DNA of 36,317 nucleotides from a virus (Duplodnaviria; Heunggongvirae; Uroviricota; Caudoviricetes): IMG/VR virus record IMGVR_UViG_2617270990_000004; one strand, 5' to 3'. Shown piece by piece: positions 1 to 8,068 of this stretch (position 1 is its first letter; each line of letters starts with the position of its first letter). The notes under the pieces were generated by a model. It saw only the letters and a program-made list of their open reading frames with translations, ran no database searches and was not told where the DNA came from. The position numbers and the translations under genes were made by a program.

Positions 1-1200
1 AGATGACCATTTTTGTTATTCTCCACAACGAGTTAGTTCTTCTTTTCGGATCCGGCACTTCTGGGGGGGAAATCCAGCGATGGCTGGATTATGTCGTCAA
101 TTAAAAATGCGGCGAGTAGATTAGCAAATATCCACGCTTTCGCGAGTTCAGGTTCCTTTGCACGCAAAGCATCCAGGTGCAGCAAACTTTTGAGCCGCTT
201 AAAAGCCAGTTCAATTTGCCATCGCAGACGGTAACAATCAGCCACTTGCTCTGCTGAATATTCATCTTCCGGTAATGATGTTAGCAATAGCACATGGCCC
301 GCTGCTTCCAGCGTTTCCGCCTGAACTACTCGTCCTTTTCGACGATTCTCGCTGAGCAGTCGGGTTTTACTGATTAATGCTTTTTCGGGAGGAAGTGATA
401 CGGCAATGAGACGTGCCGGAAAGGGAGCTCCGGCTTTTTTATTACCTGAATTGCCTATCATTACAGTGGTTTCACCGTTCTTACCGCAATCCAGCCCGCG
501 CAGAAAACCCATCATGTCAAAGCGCATTCCTTCTGCAGTTAACCAGCGCAATCCTCGCCAGTGAACCCGGACGATATAATCAGCTTCTCCAAAAGCAAGT
601 GAGCGGATACATTCGGGACGCGAACCGAATCCCCGGTCAGCAATGCGTATCTCGTCTGCCGTTTGCGCAAATCGGTCCAGCCGTTCAGCGTCTCTGCTGT
701 CGGTTAGCTCAAAATCAGTGAACTGACAGGTATGAGGATCATATCCCATATGTAGTCGCCATTCAGCGCTGCCGCCCCCGGGCGCACTGATTGCTGTTCC
801 ATCGACAAGACGCAATCTCTTTCCGCTTGTACAACCCGTAACTGCGGCGCGTACAGCAAGTGTTTGTGCGGCAAGTATGCCAAACCAGTCGGCGGCATTC
901 CGCAGCCGCTTCAGGAGAGCCACGTCAGATAATGTTGCAACGTCATGGAGCTGAGCCCATGCAGTGACTTCACGTAATGACATCCCCCCGGGGCCGTAAG
1001 CCAGCCCCAGACGTAGCAGAGTTGCAGCATCACGAATTTCGCGGCGGCGGGTTAGAGCCCCGGCATTACGTGCCGAAGTATCCAGTTCTTCGGGCTTACC
1101 AATATGGGCCAGAATTGCTGACCAGTTATCGTGAGAGTAATTCATCGGCACGTTAAATCATATCAGGCGTAATACCACAACCCTTAAGTTAGCGCTTATG
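1..1200 (-). mobile_element. IS186 (IS4 family), partial copy; the other end lies beyond the window start
   Basis: 1141-1200 reads TTCATCGGCACGTTAAATCATATCAGGCGTAATACCACAACCCTTAAGTTAGCGCTTATG, the reverse complement of the IS186 terminus as I recall it. It encloses the transposase ORF and abuts a GC-rich GGGGCGGGTCCCC site typical of IS186 targets. Confidence 0.85.
33..1151 (-). CDS. insL: IS186 transposase (DDE, IS4 family)
   Basis: 372-aa ORF beginning MPMNYSHDNWSAILAHIGKPEELDTSARNAGALTRRREIRDAATLLRLGLAYGPGG, recognised from memory as the IS186 transposase. Confidence 0.9.
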   Translation of the reverse strand: MPMNYSHDNWSAILAHIGKPEELDTSARNAGALTRRREIRDAATLLRLGLAYGPGGMSLREVTAWAQLHDVATLSDVALLKRLRNAADWFGILAAQTLAVRAAVTGCTSGKRLRLVDGTAISAPGGGSAEWRLHMGYDPHTCQFTDFELTDSRDAERLDRFAQTADEIRIADRGFGSRPECIRSLAFGEADYIVRVHWRGLRWLTAEGMRFDMMGFLRGLDCGKNGETTVMIGNSGNKKAGAPFPARLIAVSLPPEKALISKTRLLSENRRKGRVVQAETLEAAGHVLLLTSLPEDEYSAEQVADCYRLRWQIELAFKRLKSLLHLDALRAKEPELAKAWIFANLLAAFLIDDIIQPSLDFPPRSAGSEKKN

Positions 1201-1237
1201 GGGCGGGTCCCCGATGGCGGTCCATTATCGGTATTCA

Positions 1238-1314
1238 GCGTTGTTAGCTCAGCCGGACAGAGCAATTGCCTTCTAAGCAATCGGTCACTGGTTCGAATCC
1301 AGTACAGCGCGCCA
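1238..1314 (+). tRNA. tRNA-Arg, anticodon UCU (phage-borne)
   Basis: Cloverleaf folded by hand: acceptor GCGTTGT/ACAGCGC, D stem GCTC/GAGC, anticodon stem ATTGC/GCAAT with loop CTTCTAA (anticodon TCT), T stem ACTGG/CCAGT with loop TTCGAAT, discriminator G, encoded CCA. Lambdoid phages of EHEC carry tRNA genes at this position. Confidence 0.8.
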
Positions 1315-1421
1315 TATTCATTCTTCCAGATTCCTTTCGGCAGAGCCTTATACTGAAATATACCTGGCTCAGGATATTGTTGAAAATATTATATGTTTGT
1401 CAAAAATAAAAGTTCTGTTAA

Positions 1422-1778
1422 GTGTTGATTGAGTGTTTGTTATACGGTCTAATGGTTTTTTCAGCATTAAATATTTATCATTCATATGGTGTGGGTAGAG
1501 TGAATATTGATGAGGCGTCGGGGTGTTTCATCCTTAGGCAGCGTATTGATATAGTCAATGCAGAACGAGCAAAGGCCTTCAGCCGTTTGACAGTTTTGTT
1601 CTGTACTCCTGATCGTCTTTCGGGAAGAGACGTTATTATTCTGAATAGTGATGCTATACAGAGGGTTTGCGATGAGTTCATGGTGGCTAATTCAGAATTA
1701 TTTGCTCTTGTTCAGGAGTACAACAGAATAGCCAGGACCTGTGGTATGGATGAACTTCGGATTACTCATCTGGGGTAG
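1422..1778 (+). CDS. hypothetical protein, AT-rich cargo ORF (start uncertain; GTG 1422 or ATG 1452)
   Basis: 118-aa ORF in the tRNA to nanS-p interval. No convincing Shine-Dalgarno and no family recognised. Confidence 0.3.
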   Translation: MLIECLLYGLMVFSALNIYHSYGVGRVNIDEASGCFILRQRIDIVNAERAKAFSRLTVLFCTPDRLSGRDVIILNSDAIQRVCDEFMVANSELFALVQEYNRIARTCGMDELRITHLG

Positions 1779-2170
1779 ATACATATCTGGATTATCACCG
1801 GTTACGGTAAAAAGTGATTGCTTACTGTTTTTGTGAATGGCATTGCAGCAGCCGGATAATGTCAGTGCTGGCTGACGGTGTGCTGGTGGCGGGGGTGGTG
1901 GTTGCTGCTTTCCCGTTGCTGAAAAAGAAAACGCCAGACTGTTAGCCGGGTATCAGTTAGCGGGAGAAATTTTTAAATACTTCACAATTCAGGCGGTTGA
2001 CTGTTGTCTGGTTTGCGGGGAGTTTGTTAAAAGAAACTGGCATGGTGAATCCCCCTGTGCGGAGGGGCAATCAGCGAGTAGGTATATGGGATAATCGCGG
2101 ATTCAGGTGCTGGTACTGAATTCACCGGGAGGCACCCGGCACCATGCAATGGCACATAGCGCCACTCTCC

Positions 2171-2205
2171 AGCCCCTCTCCGGAGGGGCTGTTTATATTG
2201 ATTTT
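2171..2205 (+). terminator. candidate rho-independent terminator
   Basis: Hairpin AGCCCCTC-TCCG-GAGGGGCT followed by the T-rich GTTTATATTGATTTT. Confidence 0.35.
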
Positions 2206-2225
2206 GTCAGATGTGAGTAAACTCC

Positions 2226-2561
2226 TTATGGACTTTGTTGTTTTAGCCCATAAGGACATATTTGCAGAGTGCAACGGTTATTAAAGCATTCATTCAATAC
2301 GTTATCTGTATTTGTAGGGCATTCCTGGCTGTTTTTGATTAAATTCCAGAATGTTTTATTGAATGGTACTACGTTGTAAATGGTTACAGGCAGCACTTTG
2401 TTATTGAGCATGATGCCTGTGTGAGTCAGTGTAAATATACTTTCAGGAGGTAAGAAAGCATCCGATTGATACCAGATTATTAATTTTATTTTACTCCATA
2501 TGACTGAAAAAGATATTCCGCATGATGGCTGGATAACTGTATCAATCACAATCCACTTCAT
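2226..2561 (-). CDS. hypothetical protein, AT-rich cargo ORF
   Basis: 111-aa ORF with AAGGAAACTAAA-ATG (SD-like AGGAA about 8 nt upstream). Several Cys residues; no family recognised. Confidence 0.4.
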   Translation of the reverse strand: MKWIVIDTVIQPSCGISFSVIWSKIKLIIWYQSDAFLPPESIFTLTHTGIMLNNKVLPVTIYNVVPFNKTFWNLIKNSQECPTNTDNVLNECFNNRCTLQICPYGLKQQSP

Positions 2562-2806
2562 TTAGTTTCCTTGTTTATGCCTTGCTGGTGATGTTCTGAA
2601 AAGTATAAATGATATTTTTGATTGTAAACCATAGAGCAGAATTATTTTTCTGATGTTGTTTATTGTTTATTTAAATGCAGGGTGGTTTATATCTCGTCTT
2701 GTAGTTTATCCATGCATATCTGCTTGATGATGAGGTTTTTAATTAAGGTATGGTTTTGTGTTTTTTCTGTATTACATGTCAGGTATTTTAAAGAATCATT
2801 TTTCAG

Positions 2807-4678
2807 ATGGTGGAAAGAACCATGGCATTTAAACACTATGATGTTGTCAGGGCGGCGTCGCCGTCAGATCTTGCGGAAAAGCTGACACATAAACTGAAAG
2901 AGGGCTGGCAGCCGTTTGGTAGTCCGGTGGCCATAACCCCTTATACCCTGATGCAGGCGATTGCAGCAGAAGGTGATGTGGTCGTCAGTGGTGCAACTGA
3001 GCCGGAGTGGTACTACGTCATCGTACTGGCCGGGCAATCCAATGCCATGGCTTACGGTGAAGGGCTTCCGCTTCCGGATTCTTACGATGCGCCCCACCCA
3101 CGCATTAAGCAACTGGCCCGTCGCAACACAGTGACTCCCGGTGGTAAAGCATGCGCATTTAACGACATCATTCCGGCAGACCACTGCCTGCATGATGTTC
3201 AGGATATGAGCGCACTGAATCATCCGAAGGCAGACCTGAGCAAAGGGCAGTACGGCTGTGTCGGCCAGGGCTTACATATTGCCAAAAAACTGCTTCCGTA
3301 TATCCCGAATAACGCGGGGATCCTGCTGGTACCATGCTGTCGTGGTGGTTCGGCATTCACCCAGGGCGCGGAGGGGACATTCAGTGCGGACACGGGGGCC
3401 AGCCAGGATTCGGCACGCTGGGGTGTGGGTAAACCGTTATATCAGGACCTGATCGCACGCACCAAAGCGGCATTACAGAAGAACCCGAAAAATGTGTTGC
3501 TGGCGGTGTGCTGGATGCAGGGCGAATTTGACATGAGCGCTGCCACCTACGCACAGCAACCGGACCTGTTCACGGCCATGCTGAAGCAGTTCCGTACTGA
3601 CCTTTCCGGATTTAACGCGCAGTGCCATGGCGGCAGTGCTGCAGTTGTACCGTGGATTTGTGGCGACACGACGTATTACTGGAAAAACACATACGGCACA
3701 CAGTATGACTCCGTCTACGGCGCGTACAAAAACAGGGAGAGCGACAACGTTTTCTTTGTGCCGTTCATGACCGACGGTAACGGCAACAACACGCCCACCA
3801 ACTTACCGGCAGAAGACCCGGATATTGCTGATGCAGGTTATTACGGCGCGCAATCCCGTAGTAATGGTAATTGGGTATCGTCAAATCGTCCGACACATTT
3901 CAGTTCATGGGCGCGCAGGGGCATTATTTCGGATCGCCTGGCAACCGCTATTCTGAACGCAGTTGGTCGAACCAGCGCCTTCATCAGCGGTACCGCACCG
4001 GAGATTAAACCCTCGCCCGGCGGCGACACGCCATCGGGGCCGTCTGATGGTGACACATCCGTTCGTACAGTCTCCCTGCTGCCGACAGCCGGAGAGGCTG
4101 CTGCGCAGGGCTGGACCATCACCGGCGGCAGTGTTGCGCTGGAAGATGGTGTGTTTAAGGTTACCAAGCAGAGCAATAAAACCTGGTCCCTGATGCATCC
4201 GGTGGATGACGCGGTCTCCCTGCTGACACGGGGTGGCAGACTGAGCTGTAAGTTTCGACTGTCAGGCGCACTGACCAACAACCAGTTCGGTCTGGGAATT
4301 TATCTGTATACCGATGTAGCGTTACCTGACGTCGTGGCGATGACCGGGACTGGTAACCCGTTCCTGATGTCGTTCTTCACCCAGACCACAGACGGCAAAC
4401 TGAATCTGATGCATCACAAGAAAGCCGGAAACACAAAGTTGGGCGAGTTCGGGAATTACAGTAACGACTGGCAGACGCTGGAGCTGGTGTTCACCGCCGG
4501 CAGTGCCACGGTTACTCCGAAACTGAATGGAGTGGCTGGCCCGGCATTCCAGGTCATAAAAGACAGTCTGACACTGGGGCTGAATGCGCTGACGCTGACG
4601 GATATTACCAAAAATGCAGCGTATGGCGTTGAGATAGAAAGTCTGGTGCTGGAGATAAATGCACCGGCATCATCATAA
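2807..4678 (+). CDS. nanS: prophage-encoded sialate O-acetylesterase (NanS-p type, SGNH/SASA hydrolase with N-terminal DUF1737-like domain)
   Basis: 623-aa ORF with the SGNH block VIVLAGQSNAMAYGEG. Position between the tRNA/cargo locus and the holin is the one NanS-p occupies in EHEC lambdoid prophages. Alternative start at ATG 2822 (MAFKHYDV). Confidence 0.85.
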   Translation: MVERTMAFKHYDVVRAASPSDLAEKLTHKLKEGWQPFGSPVAITPYTLMQAIAAEGDVVVSGATEPEWYYVIVLAGQSNAMAYGEGLPLPDSYDAPHPRIKQLARRNTVTPGGKACAFNDIIPADHCLHDVQDMSALNHPKADLSKGQYGCVGQGLHIAKKLLPYIPNNAGILLVPCCRGGSAFTQGAEGTFSADTGASQDSARWGVGKPLYQDLIARTKAALQKNPKNVLLAVCWMQGEFDMSAATYAQQPDLFTAMLKQFRTDLSGFNAQCHGGSAAVVPWICGDTTYYWKNTYGTQYDSVYGAYKNRESDNVFFVPFMTDGNGNNTPTNLPAEDPDIADAGYYGAQSRSNGNWVSSNRPTHFSSWARRGIISDRLATAILNAVGRTSAFISGTAPEIKPSPGGDTPSGPSDGDTSVRTVSLLPTAGEAAAQGWTITGGSVALEDGVFKVTKQSNKTWSLMHPVDDAVSLLTRGGRLSCKFRLSGALTNNQFGLGIYLYTDVALPDVVAMTGTGNPFLMSFFTQTTDGKLNLMHHKKAGNTKLGEFGNYSNDWQTLELVFTAGSATVTPKLNGVAGPAFQVIKDSLTLGLNALTLTDITKNAAYGVEIESLVLEINAPASS

Positions 4679-4828
4679 AAAGTGAGCCAGTCAAATGGAA
4701 GGTATCGTTAAACTCACCGGTAGTGTCAGTGGGTCGTCTGAGATGCCTGCATGAGTTATCAGAGCCATCAGTACTTAACTGGTGGCTTTTTTTATTGTTG
4801 TCAGCTTCCGGATAACGGGAGACGGGGT

Positions 4829-5044
4829 ATGTACCAGATGGAAAAAATCACAACAGGTGTGTCATACACCACGTCAGCGGTGGGAACGGGCTACTGGTTC
4901 CTGCAGTTGCTGGACAGGGTTTCCCCGTCTCAGTGGGCGGCAATAGGCGTGCTGGGGAGTCTGCTGTTTGGGCTGCTGACATATCTGACTAACCTGTATT
5001 TCAAAATCAGAGAGGACCGTCGTAAGGCTGCACGGGGAGAGTAA
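4829..5044 (+). CDS. S: phage-21-type pinholin S with dual-start motif
   Basis: 71 aa, [10 protein letters not shown]...[51 protein letters not shown]. Two in-frame starts (M1 and M4) and GGGAGACGGGG upstream. The longer ORF in the track (from 4751) is probably 5' over-extended. Confidence 0.8.
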   Translation: MYQMEKITTGVSYTTSAVGTGYWFLQLLDRVSPSQWAAIGVLGSLLFGLLTYLTNLYFKIREDRRKAARGE

Positions 5045-5048
5045 TTCA

Positions 5049-5393
5049 ATGACTCAAAACTATGAACTGATTGTGAAAGGGATCCGCAATTTTGAGAATA
5101 AAGTTACGATAACTTTAGCGTTACGGGACAAAAAACGCTTTGACGGTGAAATTTTTGACCTGGACATCTCGCTGGACCGTGTTGAAGGTGCCGCGCTGGA
5201 GTTTTATGAGGCAGCAGCCAGAAGGAGCATCAGACAGGTCTTCCTGGATGTTGCTGCCGGGTTATGTGAAGGGGATGAGCAGTCGCCGGAAAAGCGCCCC
5301 GTAATTTTAGAGGCGCAGGATGTGTTGATAACCTACAGAGGAAAACTACCGGGAATAATTACGGGTTCTCTGAAGAGTCCGCCGAAATGGTAA
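5049..5393 (+). CDS. DUF1327-family protein (YdfR-like) inside the lysis cassette
   Basis: 114 aa, MTQNYELIVKGIRNFENKV...; strong SD GGGGAGAG upstream. Resembles, from recollection, the YdfR protein found between holin and endolysin in E. coli prophage Qin. Confidence 0.6.
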   Translation: MTQNYELIVKGIRNFENKVTITLALRDKKRFDGEIFDLDISLDRVEGAALEFYEAAARRSIRQVFLDVAAGLCEGDEQSPEKRPVILEAQDVLITYRGKLPGIITGSLKSPPKW

Positions 5394-5631
5394 TTTTACC
5401 AGCATATTTTTCATCCAGTAATACAGCAAGCCGCCTGAAAGAGTCTTGTTGTTCCTGAGACCATTTGGGATTGCATGATTCAAACTGGATTGATGCCAGC
5501 GTTGATTGCATCTGTTCCCTTGGAATTGAGAATGCCAGATATGAGAAGGCGACGGTAAGGGTATTCACGTCTTCCCGAAGCCTGGAAATGCTGTCGAGCA
5601 ACTCCTGTAGAGAAATGGTGTTATTGTCCAT
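5359..5631 (-). CDS. hypothetical protein, antisense to the lysis operon
   Basis: 90-aa ORF with GAGGA about 6 nt upstream of its ATG. Its 3' end overlaps the DUF1327 gene by 35 nt, convergently. Confidence 0.3.
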   Translation of the reverse strand: MDNNTISLQELLDSISRLREDVNTLTVAFSYLAFSIPREQMQSTLASIQFESCNPKWSQEQQDSFRRLAVLLDEKYAGKITISADSSENP

Positions 5632-5736
5632 AAATAATCCTCATGATTGTATTGACCTGTTAGCAGCCTGAGGCAACAGGCTGGAACTGATAAACATATC
5701 CAGGGCTCAGAAACCGATAAATCCTGATAAATATCC

Positions 5737-6270
5737 ATGAACGCAAAAATCAGATACGGCCTGTCGGCTGCCGTTCTGGCGCTGATTGCCGCTGGTGCGC
5801 CTGCGCCTGACATTCTCGACCAGTTTCTGGATGAAAAGGAAGGTAACCACACCACGGCATACCGTGATGGCGCGGGTATCTGGACCATCTGCCGCGGTGC
5901 CATCCTGGTGGATGGCAAACCTGTCGTTCCGGGCATGAAGTTGTCGAAGGAAAAATGCGACCGGGTTAACGCCATTGAGCGTGATAAGGCGCTGGCATGG
6001 GTGGAGAAAAACATCAAAGTGCCATTGAGCGAACCCCAGAAAGCGGGGATCGCGTCATTCTGTCCGTACAACATTGGTCCCGGTAAGTGTTTCCCGTCGA
6101 CGTTTTATAAACGAATTAATGCAGGTGATCGCAGGGGAGCGTGTGAGGCGATTCGCTGGTGGATTAAGGACGGTGGCAGAGACTGCCGTATTCGTTCAAA
6201 CAACTGCTACGGTCAGGTATCCCGTCGTGACCAGGAGAGCGCGCTGGCGTGCTGGGGTATCGACAGATAA
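5737..6270 (+). CDS. R: SAR endolysin (T4-lysozyme-like muramidase with N-terminal signal-anchor-release domain)
   Basis: 177 aa with N-terminal hydrophobic GLSAAVLALIAAGA followed by the E-x8-D-x5-T catalytic arrangement (EGNHTTAYRDGAGIWT). Pairs with the pinholin. Confidence 0.9.
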   Translation: MNAKIRYGLSAAVLALIAAGAPAPDILDQFLDEKEGNHTTAYRDGAGIWTICRGAILVDGKPVVPGMKLSKEKCDRVNAIERDKALAWVEKNIKVPLSEPQKAGIASFCPYNIGPGKCFPSTFYKRINAGDRRGACEAIRWWIKDGGRDCRIRSNNCYGQVSRRDQESALACWGIDR

Positions 6271-6464
6271 GCAGAATATTTTGCTGAAAAATGCGGTTTG
6301 CTTACACGGACGGATAACACGAAATCCTGCGAACTGACAAAAACTAAGTGAATAAAAGTAAAAACCCCGTTTGTTGGCAGCAAGCGGGGTTTTGTTTTTA
6401 TGGCAGTAAGCTATGGGAGGCTGCCTTGATTGATTTTAGCAAACTGATTAGGGAGTTGCGACTC

Positions 6465-6560
6465 ATGATTAGTCAATTACCAAACTGGAAATTTTTGCTG
6501 GTCTGGAGCATCCCTTTTTTATGGGTAGTATCCCAGTTAATTGTGGCAATTAAGGGGTAG
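6465..6560 (+). CDS. small hydrophobic peptide (31 aa), candidate
   Basis: MISQLPNWKFLLVWSIPFLWVVSQLIVAIKG, with GGGAG 9 nt upstream. Confidence 0.25.
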   Translation: MISQLPNWKFLLVWSIPFLWVVSQLIVAIKG

Positions 6561-6562
6561 CT

Positions 6563-6694
6563 ATGTCAGACAAACTCATAACGCCGGCAAAGGTCCTGTG
6601 TGTGATTGTCGGTATTTCATTTTCACTAATGCTGGTTGCTCTTTTTCTGTCCCTCGCCTGGGTGATGTTGTCTTCGTCGGGGCTGCTGGGGTGA
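6563..6694 (+). CDS. small hydrophobic peptide (43 aa), candidate
   Basis: MSDKLITPAKVLCVIVGISFSLMLVALFLSLAWVMLSSSGLLG, with AAGGGG upstream. Below the 60-aa cutoff of the ORF track. Confidence 0.3.
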   Translation: MSDKLITPAKVLCVIVGISFSLMLVALFLSLAWVMLSSSGLLG

Positions 6695-6813
6695 CAGTGA
6701 CTGATGACATCAGCAGAGCGCTGGCTTTTGCTATTAAGTGGGTGGCTGTTGGTATTGCTGTGTCTCCGATGCTGTATGGGCTGGCAAAACTGGTCATTGC
6801 GCTGAAATCGTGA
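6691..6813 (+). CDS. small hydrophobic peptide (about 40 aa, GTG start), candidate
   Basis: ...DISRALAFAIKWVAVGIAVSPMLYGLAKLVIALKS. Paralogous in sequence to the next peptide. Confidence 0.3.
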   Translation: MTVTDDISRALAFAIKWVAVGIAVSPMLYGLAKLVIALKS

Positions 6814-6824
6814 ACTTTAAAAAG

Positions 6825-6911
6825 ATGAGTGCTGAACTTATTCGGGCAATGGCATTTGCCATTCGTATTGTGGCCATTGCTGTTCTGGTCTGGGCAATCC
6901 GTTGGTGGTGA
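6825..6911 (+). CDS. small hydrophobic peptide (28 aa), translationally coupled to Rz
   Basis: [28 protein letters not shown]. Its TGA stop is separated by one nucleotide from the Rz ATG (TGATATG). Confidence 0.4.
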   Translation: MSAELIRAMAFAIRIVAIAVLVWAIRWW

Positions 6912-6912
6912 T

Positions 6913-7407
6913 ATGAACCGTGTTCTGTGTGTGGTGATTATTGTCATGCTGGTAGCCTGTGGTGTGCTTAGTCTGGGGCTGAATCATTACCGCGATAACG
7001 CCATCACCTACAAAGCGCAGCGCGATAAAAAAGTCAGTGAGCTGAAACTGGCGAATGCCACTATTACTGACATGCAGCAGCGCCAGCGAGATGTCGCTGC
7101 GCTTGATGCCAGATACACGAAGGAATTAGCCGATGCGAGAGCTGAAAATGAAACTCTGCGCGCTGATGTTGCCGCTGGTCGTAAGCGCCTGCGGGTCAAC
7201 GCCACCTGCCCCGGTACCGTGCGTGAAGCCACCGGCACCTCCAGCGTGGATAATGCAACCGGCCCCCGACTGGCAGACACCGCTGAACGGGATTATTTCA
7301 TCCTCAGAGAACGGTTGATGACAATGCAGAAGCAGCTGGAAGGGGCGCAGGAATATATCCGCACTCAGTGCACTAAGCTGGCTTTTTATTATCCGGAGGA
7401 TACATGA
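6913..7407 (+). CDS. Rz: i-spanin Rz
   Basis: [18 protein letters not shown]...[16 protein letters not shown]...[25 protein letters not shown], recognised as close to lambda Rz. Confidence 0.85.
   Translation: MNRVLCVVIIVMLVACGVLSLGLNHYRDNAITYKAQRDKKVSELKLANATITDMQQRQRDVAALDARYTKELADARAENETLRADVAAGRKRLRVNATCPGTVREATGTSSVDNATGPRLADTAERDYFILRERLMTMQKQLEGAQEYIRTQCTKLAFYYPEDT
7148..7318 (+). CDS. Rz1: o-spanin Rz1 lipoprotein, embedded in the +1 frame of Rz
   Basis: [15 protein letters not shown] with lipobox VSAC, followed by the proline-rich [26 protein letters not shown]. Confidence 0.75.
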   Translation: MKLCALMLPLVVSACGSTPPAPVPCVKPPAPPAWIMQPAPDWQTPLNGIISSSENG

Positions 7408-7628
7408 AGAAATTACGGGTAACCGTAGAACCTTTTCAGGGAACAATTCCGTTCCGTATTTTGCAGCGTGGTCGTGTTCTTGTTGAAGGTTCGTTCAGTG
7501 GTAAATGTACGCAATTACACTCCCGGACCTTTCAGGTGAATGCCACGAATGAAGAGCTAACCGTGGAGTGTACGATGAATGCCGCTAAATGCCGCATGGT
7601 ATCCGCTGCATTACAACCAGTGTGTTGA
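7404..7628 (+). CDS. hypothetical protein (74 aa) immediately downstream of Rz
   Basis: ORF whose ATG overlaps the Rz stop (ATGA). No family recognised. Confidence 0.35.
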   Translation: MKKLRVTVEPFQGTIPFRILQRGRVLVEGSFSGKCTQLHSRTFQVNATNEELTVECTMNAAKCRMVSAALQPVC

Positions 7629-7826
7629 GCGACCTTATTATCCATGCGCGGTATTGTCGCCGTATTCCTGCATTAACAGAGACCGCAGCCCGACAGGGAG
7701 ACTCCTCTGCGCGAGTGTGCGGGGATAATCAAAAACGATACACACCGGGGTTTACCGCGTTAACGGAGCGCGGCGTTGTCCCCTCATAGTCGCCTGTCCG
7801 GTGCGATGGTGGAAGAAACCGAACGT

Positions 7827-8027
7827 TCATTTCTCGTTATTTGTCATGCTGGCCGGGCGCAGATGCGTTGCATCTGTTGCCAGCCTTCTCCTGCAGGCTT
7901 CAATAACCCACGCTGAAAAGTTACCGGACCCTTTATGCTCAAGGGCGATGTTGATCTGTTCAATTATGTGATTGGGGAAACGGATATTGCGGGTTGTGGT
8001 TCTGCGGGTCCGGTTTTTCGATGACAT
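7827..8027 (-). CDS. ylcI: DUF3950-family small protein (YlcI-like)
   Basis: MSSKNRTRRTTTRNIRFPNHIIEQINIALEHKGSGNFSAWVIEACRRRL, recognised as YlcI-like (prophage DLP12). The ORF track extends it 20 codons upstream. Confidence 0.7.
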   Translation of the reverse strand: MSSKNRTRRTTTRNIRFPNHIIEQINIALEHKGSGNFSAWVIEACRRRLATDATHLRPASMTNNEK

Positions 8028-8068
8028 ATTTATTTCCTTTACTGATTGCCATATGACGGGGATTTTAC

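Noticed and set aside
413-898. Short ORFs on both strands inside IS186
   Set aside because: Embedded in or antisense to the IS186 transposase gene. IS186 is known to encode a single transposase.
1201-1237. Possible truncated second tRNA between the IS186 end and tRNA-Arg
   Set aside because: No acceptor or T-arm structure and no CCA end could be folded. It is more likely just the IS target region and spacer.
1315-2806. Shiga toxin genes (stxA/stxB) at the tRNA to nanS-p locus
   Set aside because: No ORFs of the right size or sequence are present (StxA is about 315 aa, StxB about 89 aa with a signal peptide). The interval contains only two unrelated ORFs.
6074-6337. 87-aa ORF overlapping the 3' end of the endolysin gene in another frame
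   Set aside because: Out-of-frame overlap with a well-supported gene, no SD, Arg-rich composition.
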